In this document: positions 30,749 through 40,823 of the stretch, one piece after another
Numbering within the stretch: position 1 is the stretch's first letter
How the letters are laid out: every line of letters begins with the position of its first letter
Virus record (IMG/VR): IMGVR_UViG_3300016476_001398
Coordinates: 1-43,579 of that record
Length of the DNA stretch: 43,579 nucleotides
Origin: a virus
Taxonomy: Duplodnaviria > Caudoviricetes
Strand: one strand, 5' to 3'
Translations under genes and position numbers: made by a program
The notes under the pieces: model-generated
The model's database searches: none
What the model was told of the DNA's origin: nothing
Seen by the model: the letters and a program-made list of their open reading frames with translations, nothing else

Positions 30749-32767
30749 ATGAGTAGTTACTTACAGCACGAACCGCTAACTTATATAAACATAAAGCTAA
30801 CAGATTTAGGAAGAAGAAGACTATCTTTGGGTCAACTTACTTTTAATAATGTTGTTTTTTCGGATAGAGAAACTAATTACGGAATAGATAGAACAAATAG
30901 GTATGATTTTACTTGTGCAAACAGAATATTATCACCTATAGATGTTCAGCCTAATATTTCTTTAAATTATGATGGATCAGAACCATCACCTATTCAATCT
31001 GTTGGTTCTGCCACTCAAATAGTAACTGCAATGACTGAATCTGTTGGTTTTTTCTCTGGAAATACAAACAATTGGTCAATAAAAAAATCCCTTACACTAG
31101 GTAATTCAATAATTTCTTATTCTGCAGATACTCCTAGTGGTGATAATACTATTAAAATGACAGGGGGTACATATTTCCCTCATGGCGGAGAATTGATGTT
31201 TGTTGTTTGGAATACTATACAAAACAGCGCATCAACCTATTCAGATAATATTATTTTATCTGCAAACCCAAGTTTATCTCTATGGTATAGAGTATTAAGT
31301 TCAGACACAAGCACGTCTGTTGTAACATTAGATAGAGACTTACCTAATTTTGGGGCTACAGATACATTTTCTTCTCAAAAGACAAATGCTTATTTTTATC
31401 CTTTTGACGGAGTTCAGCAATACTATGGATCTGGTTCATCAGTAGATGCTCAAGTTTGGAATTTAAACGTTGTAAGAACAAGTTCTGAAATAGGAACAGA
31501 TAGTACTATAAGTGGTTATACAACATATGGATCAATAGAGTATAACGGAACTAAGCATTACTTAGGTTTTTCTTCTGAAACAAAAAATTTAGGAATCGTA
31601 CATTATACAAATAATTTTACAGGAAATACTTATGCTGAACAACTTGTAGAAGGTACTGTAACGATGGATTTGCCTTATTTAATGTGGTATAGAACAGCTG
31701 GGAATACTGGTCAAGTTATGAATTGGGGTGCTCAATTTACTGATGAGTATGGCCCAAGCGTTTTTGACCCTATAGCAGGAACTTCTTATCGCTATTTAAG
31801 AGATGGAAATTCTAGTACGAGTCTAGTAGTAGGTAGAGTTTATCATAAGTTTAAGATTATTGTAATAACAGACCAAGAATTATTACAATCACTGACTTTT
31901 AAATCAAATAGAAATTATACATTACCTTATTTAGTTTTAGATACTAGTTCTGCGCCAAAATACCCACTTACATCCACAGAGGCAACTCCTTTTATAAAAA
32001 GCGGTTATACTTATTTTGTTACATACCTTACAGAAAGTAATTATTTATATACATCAGGTTCTTCTTATGGTTATCCATATTCTATGCCTTGTGGATATTA
32101 TGCTCAATTAAATGGTTCTTTAGCTGCTCCCAATTCAGATTTATACTTAAAAGTTAATTTCCCAGTAAATGCATTTCCTTATATGAGAAATTCTATAGGC
32201 ATGGACTCTTACTCTGGGACAGGATGGAATGCCAATAAGGTTCAATTCTTAATTAATAAAGTGGATTTAAATACGAATCCAAATGTAAATGTGGATACTT
32301 TAGACCCAAGTGCATGGAGATTAATATCAACATCCGCTGGAGGAAATGGTGTATATAGCGGAGGGTCTACGACAATAGACGCTCTTCAATTGCAAGGAAA
32401 TAGTTTTATAATATCACAAGAAGATTATGATAGCGGAACTACATATTCTATGACAGGTGCTTATTCTGCATTTACTCAAAATATGGATTATTTGACATTT
32501 GGAGATGAATATATTTTTTATGGAAATATAAAAACTGGAATAAGAGCGACTGTTTATAAATCTATTATAACAGCAGTAATGCCAGATATACAATATAACA
32601 CAACTACAAATCAAAGTTTTGATAGCGCTGTTGATACAGACATTTATTTTACAGAGGTTGCTGTATTAAACAACTTAGGGGAAGTTGTTGCGGTAGGTAA
32701 ACCAACAGAACCTATAAAGAAAAATATAAACAGATATTTAGCAGTTCAATTAGAGATAGACTTTTAA
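30749..32767 (+). CDS. Baseplate/tail-fibre attachment protein (gpH/DUF3751-like ends around a large insert)
   Basis: N-terminal KLTDLGRRRL..FSDRETNY; C-terminal YFTEVAVLNNLGEVVAVGKPTEPIKK..LEIDF. Confidence 0.6.
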   Translation: MSSYLQHEPLTYINIKLTDLGRRRLSLGQLTFNNVVFSDRETNYGIDRTNRYDFTCANRILSPIDVQPNISLNYDGSEPSPIQSVGSATQIVTAMTESVGFFSGNTNNWSIKKSLTLGNSIISYSADTPSGDNTIKMTGGTYFPHGGELMFVVWNTIQNSASTYSDNIILSANPSLSLWYRVLSSDTSTSVVTLDRDLPNFGATDTFSSQKTNAYFYPFDGVQQYYGSGSSVDAQVWNLNVVRTSSEIGTDSTISGYTTYGSIEYNGTKHYLGFSSETKNLGIVHYTNNFTGNTYAEQLVEGTVTMDLPYLMWYRTAGNTGQVMNWGAQFTDEYGPSVFDPIAGTSYRYLRDGNSSTSLVVGRVYHKFKIIVITDQELLQSLTFKSNRNYTLPYLVLDTSSAPKYPLTSTEATPFIKSGYTYFVTYLTESNYLYTSGSSYGYPYSMPCGYYAQLNGSLAAPNSDLYLKVNFPVNAFPYMRNSIGMDSYSGTGWNANKVQFLINKVDLNTNPNVNVDTLDPSAWRLISTSAGGNGVYSGGSTTIDALQLQGNSFIISQEDYDSGTTYSMTGAYSAFTQNMDYLTFGDEYIFYGNIKTGIRATVYKSIITAVMPDIQYNTTTNQSFDSAVDTDIYFTEVAVLNNLGEVVAVGKPTEPIKKNINRYLAVQLEIDF

Positions 32768-32785
32768 AAAAAATTTAATTTAAAG

Positions 32786-32793
32786 TATTTATT
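32786..32793 (+). promoter_or_regulatory. Putative late promoter TATTTATT
   Basis: 17 nt before ATG 32811. Confidence 0.55.
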
Positions 32794-32810
32794 AAAAAGA
32801 ACATATAATT

Positions 32811-33215
32811 ATGGGAAAAATAACTTCGGCTACCACAGCATATGCAACAGCTTATCTTACTGAAAAAGGTAGGAAATATCTTTTTAATCAAGGGAATATA
32901 AGATTTGATTCTGTTGGGGACGATTTATTACAGATAAAATATTTTGCACTTAGTGATTTAGACACAAATTATCAAACTGGTGCTAGATTAACATCTGGAA
33001 ATGTTCCAGATATATCAGGTAAAAATGATAATTGTATAAAGGCAACTGCGGATTATACTCAAACAAATTTAATATATCAAATTGCTGATGTAATAGTGTT
33101 AGCAGATCCTCTTTATAGTACTAATACCCCAGGTAACCTTATATCTTTTGATGTAGATAATGCAACATTATTCCCTACAAATCAACCTGCTGATGTTCCA
33201 CCTGTTGGAGGTTAA
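32811..33215 (+). CDS. Virion protein paralogous to the N-terminus of 30749..32767
   Basis: AYLTEKGRKYL...IKYFALSDLDTNY. Confidence 0.65.
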   Translation: MGKITSATTAYATAYLTEKGRKYLFNQGNIRFDSVGDDLLQIKYFALSDLDTNYQTGARLTSGNVPDISGKNDNCIKATADYTQTNLIYQIADVIVLADPLYSTNTPGNLISFDVDNATLFPTNQPADVPPVGG

Positions 33216-33266
33216 TGGTGGGTTAATAGAATAAATAAATTAGTAAATTAATATAAAATTTAAAAT

Positions 33267-34166
33267 ATGCCAACAAACACACCCCCTGTAATGATTGTTA
33301 ATTTATCTCCTGAGTTATGCTTTAATAAGTCTATCTCTATGATTACTACAGATGAATTAACTTCTCAGCCTATAAATGAGGGTTATCAAGTAGGTTCTCC
33401 TCAGTTTACTGGAGGTTTTGGTCCTGCTATTGGATTAACTGGAGGGAAAAAATGGGTAGTTCCTCTTGCGACTGGTACTGCTTCAGGAACTCCGTATTTA
33501 AAATTTCATTTACCTCAAGGTCAAACTGGTCAAAATCAAAATAAAGTTTTTATAACGTTTGCAGTAAAAAATACAAAAATGCAAGATGGTTATTATGATT
33601 ATAAAACAGGTATTCCAGATACGTTTAAACAAAAACTAAGATTGTGGATTTTAGGAGGAACAAACTATAATGTATTAGTACAAACAAATGGTATAAGAAG
33701 TAGAGAGATTAGACTTACTTTTTATGGTTCTAGTACTAATAAACCAGCTCAAGCTGAAACTGTAAAAATTAAATTTAGTAGTTATTTTACAGCAAATAAT
33801 ATAGCATCAGGCGGAAATACTGGAGTGCAAATATTTGGACCTCAAGGGGCTGGTTCTAGCCCATCTTATATGAGTAATCCAGCAGATCAAGGTCCAGCAG
33901 GTTTTGATCCAGGGACTTCTCCTGCTGTGTCTGATATTAGAATGAAAAAAAATATTACAAAAATAGGTACATCTTCTAGCGGTTTATCTATTTATAAATT
34001 CAGATATATAGATTCTTTAGAAAATAAAGGATTTTATCAAGGCGTTATTGCTCAAGATTTATTAGATACTAAATTTGAAAGTGCTGTAAAATTACTTTCT
34101 AATGGATATTATGGGGTAGATTATTCAAAATTAGATGTAGAGTTTAAAAGATTAACTGATATTTAA
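33267..34166 (+). CDS. Virion protein with C-terminal peptidase S74-like chaperone
   Basis: SDIRMKKNI..IYKFRY..YQGVIAQDL..YYGVDYSKL after a Pro/Gly linker. Confidence 0.75.
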   Translation: MPTNTPPVMIVNLSPELCFNKSISMITTDELTSQPINEGYQVGSPQFTGGFGPAIGLTGGKKWVVPLATGTASGTPYLKFHLPQGQTGQNQNKVFITFAVKNTKMQDGYYDYKTGIPDTFKQKLRLWILGGTNYNVLVQTNGIRSREIRLTFYGSSTNKPAQAETVKIKFSSYFTANNIASGGNTGVQIFGPQGAGSSPSYMSNPADQGPAGFDPGTSPAVSDIRMKKNITKIGTSSSGLSIYKFRYIDSLENKGFYQGVIAQDLLDTKFESAVKLLSNGYYGVDYSKLDVEFKRLTDI

Positions 34167-34203
34167 TAAAACTAATATATTAAAAATTAAATAAATAATA
34201 ATA

Positions 34204-35307
34204 ATGGCAAATGTAACATATAAACCAGTATCCAGTATGATTACTAGTAGACAGGAGAAAACTGTTTTTACTGGTGGTAGTGGAAGTGAATTGGTTTTTA
34301 CTTTATGCGATAGAACTGACACAACTTCAAGAGAGGCAAATTATTTCATGTCTTTTGGTTTACCTTACGAGTTAAATGCTTTAAGTAGTGGCGCTACTTT
34401 AACAAAACAATATCCTGAAATTTACCAATTAAATCGTGATAGAATTGTTATAATGCCAATACCAAAAGAATATTATAGTGAGCTTATTGATGGTAGAACT
34501 ATTACTATGAAAGTGCCTCAGTTAAGTGGAGGAACTTCGATAAGTGCAAAAACTATATATTCAAGTACGTATACAACTTTAACTAAAACAGATTATAATC
34601 CTATATTAGGTAGCAATATTGCTTTTTTGTTTTGTGATGAAATTAATAAGCCTTATACTGGAAAGACTTCTGGAGGAGATTTTTCTCATTCAGCCAACAC
34701 TACTTGGGGTGCAGGATTAGCTTATTCTGAAAGACCTCCAGCAATCTCTTATGCTGACTTGCATTCTATTGATATAAATACAGATACTAGACCTTGGTCA
34801 GGTGTTTCTTTAGCAAACGGAGTACCTCAAAGTTATCCTACAAACACCAATCAAGGATATAATTATGATATACCAACTGGATTTGTAGCTTTAGACAAAG
34901 GGTTTGTTGTATTTACACATCCTAGTATTGTAGATAATATTCCTTGGTCTTTAGGTCAAAAACAATATACTGGAGCGCCAAACACATTAGGCGAAACTTC
35001 TGATATATACTTTTCAAGTACAACTAAATCTGCTATTAGTTTTATGGATATAAGTATGCAATATAAAACTACAGTTGTTTGTTTAGCGTTACCTCAAGAA
35101 TTTTATTTTTCAAATAACCCTAGTTGGGATTTTGATTATAATTATTTAGAATTAGCCAATCAAACTTATGGATTTAATTCAGTCTATGTTACTGAAGTTG
35201 GTTTGTATAATAAATTATATGAATTGGTTGCTGTTGCAAAAATTAGTGAACCTTTAGAAAAAACATATACAAACATTATAAACTTTACATTAAATATTGA
35301 TGTTTAA
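34204..35307 (+). CDS. Virion protein paralogous to the C-terminus of 30749..32767
   Basis: VYVTEVGLYNKLYELVAVAKISEPLEK..FTLNIDV. Confidence 0.65.
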   Translation: MANVTYKPVSSMITSRQEKTVFTGGSGSELVFTLCDRTDTTSREANYFMSFGLPYELNALSSGATLTKQYPEIYQLNRDRIVIMPIPKEYYSELIDGRTITMKVPQLSGGTSISAKTIYSSTYTTLTKTDYNPILGSNIAFLFCDEINKPYTGKTSGGDFSHSANTTWGAGLAYSERPPAISYADLHSIDINTDTRPWSGVSLANGVPQSYPTNTNQGYNYDIPTGFVALDKGFVVFTHPSIVDNIPWSLGQKQYTGAPNTLGETSDIYFSSTTKSAISFMDISMQYKTTVVCLALPQEFYFSNNPSWDFDYNYLELANQTYGFNSVYVTEVGLYNKLYELVAVAKISEPLEKTYTNIINFTLNIDV

Positions 35308-35326
35308 CAACAAAAGTTATTAAAAG

Positions 35327-35355
35327 AAGCCTTGATATTAGTCAAGGCTTTTTTT
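35327..35355 (+). terminator. Intrinsic terminator closing the structural module
   Basis: AAGCCTTGA-TATTAG-TCAAGGCTT followed by a T run. Confidence 0.85.
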
Positions 35356-35374
35356 ATGTTTAATAAAAAAACTT

Positions 35375-35911
35375 ATGGTATTAGCATTAGATATTTCCTC
35401 TTCTTGTATAGGCTATTGTGTATTCAATAACTCTGGAAAATTACTTAAAATGAGTTGTGTTAAATTTAATAGCAAGCAAACTAAATTTGAGCGACTTGAA
35501 AAGTTTATTGTAGAAATGCGTCAAGAAGGTGTAGATAAAATGCCTATAGAAACAATAGCTATAGAAGAACCCTTGAAAAAGTTCAAAGGTAAATTTTCAT
35601 CTGCTGAAACAATAGCTATTTTGAACTATTTTAATGGAATGATTAGTTCTTGGTTATATACCAACTTTAATTCAGAACCTGCATATTATAATGTAAATAA
35701 TGCTAGAGCAACTGTTTTCCCAGGTTTAAAAGTTGCTAAAGAAGAAGGTTCTATTAAACATGAAGTTTGGAGAAAGGTTATGGAAAAAGAACCCCAAATA
35801 AATTGGAGATATAGCCCTAAGACCAGAAAGTTGATGGATGAAAATTATGACATGAGTGACGCATACGTGGTCGGAGTCTGTCATTTAACAATAATCAGTA
35901 AGCAAATTTAG
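35375..35911 (+). CDS. ruvC: RuvC-like Holliday junction resolvase
   Basis: VLALDISSSCIGY, IAIEE, DMSDAYVVG catalytic motifs. Confidence 0.85.
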   Translation: MVLALDISSSCIGYCVFNNSGKLLKMSCVKFNSKQTKFERLEKFIVEMRQEGVDKMPIETIAIEEPLKKFKGKFSSAETIAILNYFNGMISSWLYTNFNSEPAYYNVNNARATVFPGLKVAKEEGSIKHEVWRKVMEKEPQINWRYSPKTRKLMDENYDMSDAYVVGVCHLTIISKQI

Positions 35912-35931
35912 GAAAGTTAATTTTTTTTGAC

Positions 35932-35940
35932 TAACTTTGC
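35932..35940 (+). promoter_or_regulatory. Bacteroidota-type -7 element
   Basis: TAACTTTGC just before ATG 35945; no clear -33 element. Confidence 0.5.
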
Positions 35941-35944
35941 ACTT

Positions 35945-36931
35945 ATGGCTGGTCAAGAAGAAAATAAATTTTTAATTGTTAATGTGCTTGAAAGTTTTTT
36001 GGGTTCTCCAAAAAACTCAAAAAATGCAGAAAACAAAATTCAGTGGGAATTTAATTGTCCTAGCCCAACATGTAGGCATGATCAAGATAAATTTAATCTA
36101 GCATATAATTCTTCTAATTTCATTTTTAAATGTTGGAAATGTAAATATAGTGGTTTTGTATATAAGTTAGTTGAGGGTTATGGCAAAAAAGAAGATTTAA
36201 ATAGATTAAGACTTTTATTGCCAGAATATAAATCTCAAAACTTTAACATTTTTAAAAGACCAGAAGTAAATTATGATTTAATTACTTGTGATTTACCAGA
36301 TGGATACCTTCCTTTAAATTATCATAGAAATACCAATCTATACAAAATGGCTTATGATTATGTTACAAAAGAAAGAAAGATTACCCCAAATCAAATAGAT
36401 AAATACAAAATAGGTTATACAGAAACTGGCTCTAGAAAATATAGAATTATTTTGCCTTCATTTAATGCTGTTGGTAAATTAAATTATTTTGAAGCTAGGT
36501 CTTATATGCTTAATCCAAAAATACCTTATTATAAGCCAAGTTCTCCAGACGTACAAGATATTATATATAATGAATGTTTTATAAATTGGAATTTACCTAT
36601 ATATGTAGTAGAAGGTGTTTTTGATTCGATAAGAATACCTAACTCTATTCCTCTATTAGGAAAAGGTATTTCACCTTTATTAATAAAAAAGTTTTTAGAG
36701 CATAATTCTAAAGTTATTCTTTGTTTGGATAAAGATGCTTTTAAAGATAGTATGTTTTATTATGACCAACTAACTTCTTTAGGTTTGGATGTGTATTTTA
36801 TAGATTTAACTAGTTCTAAAGATATTTCTAAGTTATTTGAAGATGAAGGTCAAAATGCAGTAACCGCTTTATTAAAAACGGCAAAAAAATTAGATATTAC
36901 TTACAGACTTACAAAAATTTTAAACGAATGA
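35945..36931 (+). CDS. dnaG: DnaG-type DNA primase (Zn finger plus TOPRIM)
   Basis: CPSPTC...CWKC, YKIGY, RIILPS, VVEGVFD, LCLDKDA, KDIS; ATG 35945 preferred over TTG 35927. Confidence 0.85.
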   Translation: MAGQEENKFLIVNVLESFLGSPKNSKNAENKIQWEFNCPSPTCRHDQDKFNLAYNSSNFIFKCWKCKYSGFVYKLVEGYGKKEDLNRLRLLLPEYKSQNFNIFKRPEVNYDLITCDLPDGYLPLNYHRNTNLYKMAYDYVTKERKITPNQIDKYKIGYTETGSRKYRIILPSFNAVGKLNYFEARSYMLNPKIPYYKPSSPDVQDIIYNECFINWNLPIYVVEGVFDSIRIPNSIPLLGKGISPLLIKKFLEHNSKVILCLDKDAFKDSMFYYDQLTSLGLDVYFIDLTSSKDISKLFEDEGQNAVTALLKTAKKLDITYRLTKILNE

Positions 36932-39900
36932 AAATAGCTCACTTAGCGGACATCCAAATACGTTTTGGATCTAGACACGAAGAGTACAGACAAGTGTTTG
37001 GCAGATTATATGATGATTTAAAAAAACAAAAACCTGATAGGATTTTTGTTGGAGGTGATTTAGTACATCATAAAATTAATATGTCTCCAAATTCATTTGA
37101 GTTATTAGCTGAATTTTTATTAAATCTTTCTAAAATTGCTCCTACAGATGTCATTTTAGGAAATCACGATTTAAACTTACAACAACTAGAGCAAGGAGAT
37201 GCTATTTCTCCTATTTTTAAACTAGGAAATATGTTTGAAAATAGTGGGGATAAAACGGCTTTTATTGTAAATGAAGATAACAAAAAAACAATTGATTATA
37301 ACAAAAACGCCGTTTATTATTTTCCTAATAGTGGTTTTTACGAAATAGGAAAAGATATAGTATATGGCGTTTTTTCTTGTAAAGATAATGAGATATTAGA
37401 ATTATCAAAAAAGAAAAAAGGAAAGACATATATAGCCTTATATCACGGAACAGTTTATGGAGCTAGAGGAGATAATGGTTATGAGCAAAAAGGTGATAAT
37501 TTAATGAGGTTAAGCACTTTTAAAAATTTTGATATTGTCATGTTAGGAGATATACATGAATATCAAACTTTTAGAGAAGATTGTTCTGTGGCATATTGTG
37601 GATCTTTAGTTCAACAAAACTATGGAGAATCTATAGATAAAGGATATATCATTTGGGATGTTGAAAAAAGGTCTCATGTAAGAAAATTTATTCCAAATGA
37701 TTACGGTTTTTCAAAAATGGTAATAGCCAAAGGAGAAAATGTTCAGGATAGATTAGCTCATTTACGCTTTAGTCACAACAAAAAGAAGACGAGAGTTCAT
37801 ATTATTATAGAAGAACTTGAAGAAAATTTTTCACAAGAAAGAGAAAATCAAATTGCTAGACAAATAAAAGAGCAACATGGATGTGAAATCGTTAAGGTTG
37901 AACATTCATTTATTGCAAAAGATATTTTTGTTGACGAGGACTCAAAAGAAGATCCTAGAAAGCAAAGTGAAGAATATATTAAGGAATTTATTGCTGATGG
38001 TACTTTTGATTGTTCAGAAGAAGAGATTGCAGATATAATAAAACTTAATTCTCAAATAAATCAAGAGCTTGAAATAAATGAACATGAGGATAAAACAGGA
38101 AGCTCTTGGTATATAGAAAAAATAGAAATAAGTAACATTTTTTCTTTTCCTATAAAACCTACAATAATAGATTTTAATACCCTACAAGGTATTACAGGTC
38201 TATTTGGGGAAAACTATAATGGAAAATCTAATGTAATTAAAGCTATAGTTTGGGGTTTATATAAAGAAATTTTAGGAGGTGGAGATGCAAAATATCTTGT
38301 GAATTTGTACACTGACTCAAATCAAGGTTATGTAACAATATATTTAACTATTGATGGTAAAAAGTTTAAAATTCACAGAACAATCAAAACAACCAAACAT
38401 AAAGATGGTAAAATTTCCAACTCATATGGAATAAAATACCAATCTTTAGAAATGGGATATGATTCTGAAGGTGATTTAGAAAGTGAGTCATGGGAAAATG
38501 AAAAATCAGATAAAGCTACGGCAGAAAAAAAAGAAGTAGAAAGTTTGGTGGATGAAGCCATTGGAGATGTAGATGATTTCACAAAAGTAACATTACAAGT
38601 TCAAGGTGGAAAAGATGATTATATAAATCAAAGCCAACAGCCGAAAAATCAATTAATTAGTAGGTATTTAGGTTTGGAAGCTTACAAGATGAGATATGAG
38701 TATGCTAATGAATATTTTAAAGAAATAAAAAAGAAACAAAAAGAAATTGGCGCAAAGTTGGAATTGGAGTTAGCTATTGCTGAATTAGAAAAAACTAAAT
38801 TAGAAAAAGATGTTGCTCTAGAAACTTTAAAAGCTGAAAAAATAGAAGTAACAAAAAAGAAGGAAGATGTAGAAAGAGATGTTTTAGATCATACAAAAAA
38901 GTTAGAAAAATTAGAACCAATAGAGTATAATGATATTGAAATAGTAAATCGCCTCATAGAAGAGGAAAATCAAAATGGTTTGAAGTATGATAAAGCTATT
39001 AAAGACTTAGAAGATTGGCTAGCTGTAAACTTTAAAAAAGAACTACCTTTTAAAGAAGATGAAACTCTAGAAGGTGTTTCTTCAGTATTGGAATCTACTC
39101 AATCTAACTTTAAGCTAGAAAAAGATCAATATGTAAAGATTGAAAATTGGATAAAGGAAAATCCAAAAAAAGATTTACCAGATATTGAAGGATTGGATGC
39201 TAAAATATTAAACTTAAGAGAAGAATATACAACATTACAAAATCAACTCCCTACATTTAGAGGTAAATCTTGTCCTACTTGTGGGAATGTACAGCAGAAA
39301 GCTGACCCACAAAAAGAAAAAGAATGTTTAGCTAGTATTGATGTTAAAAAGGTTGAGATAGATAATTTGCAAAATATCATTAATTCCTATAATGATATAT
39401 CAAAACAAAATTTGACAATAGATAGTCAAGTAGAAAAATTATCGAACTTAAAAGATTCTTTAAAAAATAGAAAAGATAAAATTGAGTTGTTAAAAGAAAG
39501 AGTTTCTCTATTTGAGTCTATGAAAGAAATAATAGAACACAACAAAAAGGTAGAAGATAATTCATCTAGATTAGAGAAGGGCAGGGCAGTAAAAGCAAAG
39601 TGTGAAAAGAATATAGATGCTCTAAAAGAAAATTTGATTAAAATTAAAAATAATAAAACCAAAGAAGAAGGCAATAAAAAAATTCAAGAATATATCAACA
39701 CTCAAGATGAAATTTTGAGAGCATATAAAGTTACACTATATGGAATAGATAAAGGAATTACAGAAACATATGGCGATATAAGAGTTTTGGAATCTGAAAT
39801 AAAGACAAATTCAGAAAAGCTAGAATCTATTAAAGAGGTAGAAAGAATGTTTAAGAAATATTCTATATACTTGCAAGCTATGCATAGAGATGGAATACCA

Positions 39901-40383
39901 GCTTTAATTATTAGAAAAAAATTACCTATTATAAACAATAAAATAAATTCTATACTACATCACATAGTAGGGTTCAAAGTAGAGCTAGATATTCTTCCTA
40001 ATGGAGATATTTTTGAATATTTCTATTATAGCGAAGATAGATCAGATTCATTACCTCTTCAGTTTGCTTCTGGAGCTCAAAAATTTGTAGCTTCTATAGC
40101 TATAAAAGATGCTTTGCATTTTATTAGCACTCTTACAAAACCTTCTATGTCAATTATAGATGAAGGTTTTGGAACTTTGGGGGATAGATTATCTTTAGAA
40201 ATTGTAAATATTTTACAATATTTAAAGAATAAACATAAGACTGTAATTTTTGTTACTCACAAAAATGAAATTAAAGATTTTGCTGATAATATAATTGAAG
40301 TTACTAAAATTAAAAAAGGTATAACCCAAGAGGTGTTAGATTCAAACCCTGAAGCTGGAGTTACTACTTTAACTATTTCATAA
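36928..40383 (+). CDS. Fused SbcD/Mre11 nuclease - SbcC/Rad50 ATPase (gp47-gp46-like)
   Basis: HLADIQ, GGD, GNHD, YHG, GDIH, YCGS; Walker A GENYNGKS, coiled coil with CPTC hook, ASGAQ signature, IIDEGFG, VTH. Confidence 0.9.
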   Translation: MKIAHLADIQIRFGSRHEEYRQVFGRLYDDLKKQKPDRIFVGGDLVHHKINMSPNSFELLAEFLLNLSKIAPTDVILGNHDLNLQQLEQGDAISPIFKLGNMFENSGDKTAFIVNEDNKKTIDYNKNAVYYFPNSGFYEIGKDIVYGVFSCKDNEILELSKKKKGKTYIALYHGTVYGARGDNGYEQKGDNLMRLSTFKNFDIVMLGDIHEYQTFREDCSVAYCGSLVQQNYGESIDKGYIIWDVEKRSHVRKFIPNDYGFSKMVIAKGENVQDRLAHLRFSHNKKKTRVHIIIEELEENFSQERENQIARQIKEQHGCEIVKVEHSFIAKDIFVDEDSKEDPRKQSEEYIKEFIADGTFDCSEEEIADIIKLNSQINQELEINEHEDKTGSSWYIEKIEISNIFSFPIKPTIIDFNTLQGITGLFGENYNGKSNVIKAIVWGLYKEILGGGDAKYLVNLYTDSNQGYVTIYLTIDGKKFKIHRTIKTTKHKDGKISNSYGIKYQSLEMGYDSEGDLESESWENEKSDKATAEKKEVESLVDEAIGDVDDFTKVTLQVQGGKDDYINQSQQPKNQLISRYLGLEAYKMRYEYANEYFKEIKKKQKEIGAKLELELAIAELEKTKLEKDVALETLKAEKIEVTKKKEDVERDVLDHTKKLEKLEPIEYNDIEIVNRLIEEENQNGLKYDKAIKDLEDWLAVNFKKELPFKEDETLEGVSSVLESTQSNFKLEKDQYVKIENWIKENPKKDLPDIEGLDAKILNLREEYTTLQNQLPTFRGKSCPTCGNVQQKADPQKEKECLASIDVKKVEIDNLQNIINSYNDISKQNLTIDSQVEKLSNLKDSLKNRKDKIELLKERVSLFESMKEIIEHNKKVEDNSSRLEKGRAVKAKCEKNIDALKENLIKIKNNKTKEEGNKKIQEYINTQDEILRAYKVTLYGIDKGITETYGDIRVLESEIKTNSEKLESIKEVERMFKKYSIYLQAMHRDGIPALIIRKKLPIINNKINSILHHIVGFKVELDILPNGDIFEYFYYSEDRSDSLPLQFASGAQKFVASIAIKDALHFISTLTKPSMSIIDEGFGTLGDRLSLEIVNILQYLKNKHKTVIFVTHKNEIKDFADNIIEVTKIKKGITQEVLDSNPEAGVTTLTIS

Positions 40384-40823
40384 TGGATCAAGACGAATAC
40401 GAAGATAATATAATAGATGAAAACCCATCTGAGTTCATAAAAAAAGCTGCAGAAGAAAGAGCTTTTAAGGCTCAGATGGAATATTATGAACAACAAATGG
40501 CTCAAAGAAGAGCTATACAAGAGCTTGTTGATAGAAAAATAAGAGAGAACAAAAAAGTTTCTGAAGAAAAAAATAAAATAAAAACAATAGAAGATTTACT
40601 TAAAAAAGGAAAAAAAATTAAATGGGAAATATCTACAAATAACTCATTTAAAGGTTTTGTTAGAAATAAATTGGTTTTTGAAATTAAAAAAGGTTTATCT
40701 ATATACAGTTTATATGTAAAAGATAAATCTTTTTTAAAAGAAAATTCAAAACTTGGGTATACTTCTTGTTCTTATAATTTTGAGAGTGTTAAAAATAAGG
40801 CTGAAAAACTATTAATTATATAA
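40383..40823 (+). CDS. Hypothetical protein (acidic coiled-coil N-terminus, basic C-terminus)
   Basis: 146-aa ORF, TAATG-coupled to the SbcCD fusion. Confidence 0.7.
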   Translation: MDQDEYEDNIIDENPSEFIKKAAEERAFKAQMEYYEQQMAQRRAIQELVDRKIRENKKVSEEKNKIKTIEDLLKKGKKIKWEISTNNSFKGFVRNKLVFEIKKGLSIYSLYVKDKSFLKENSKLGYTSCSYNFESVKNKAEKLLII

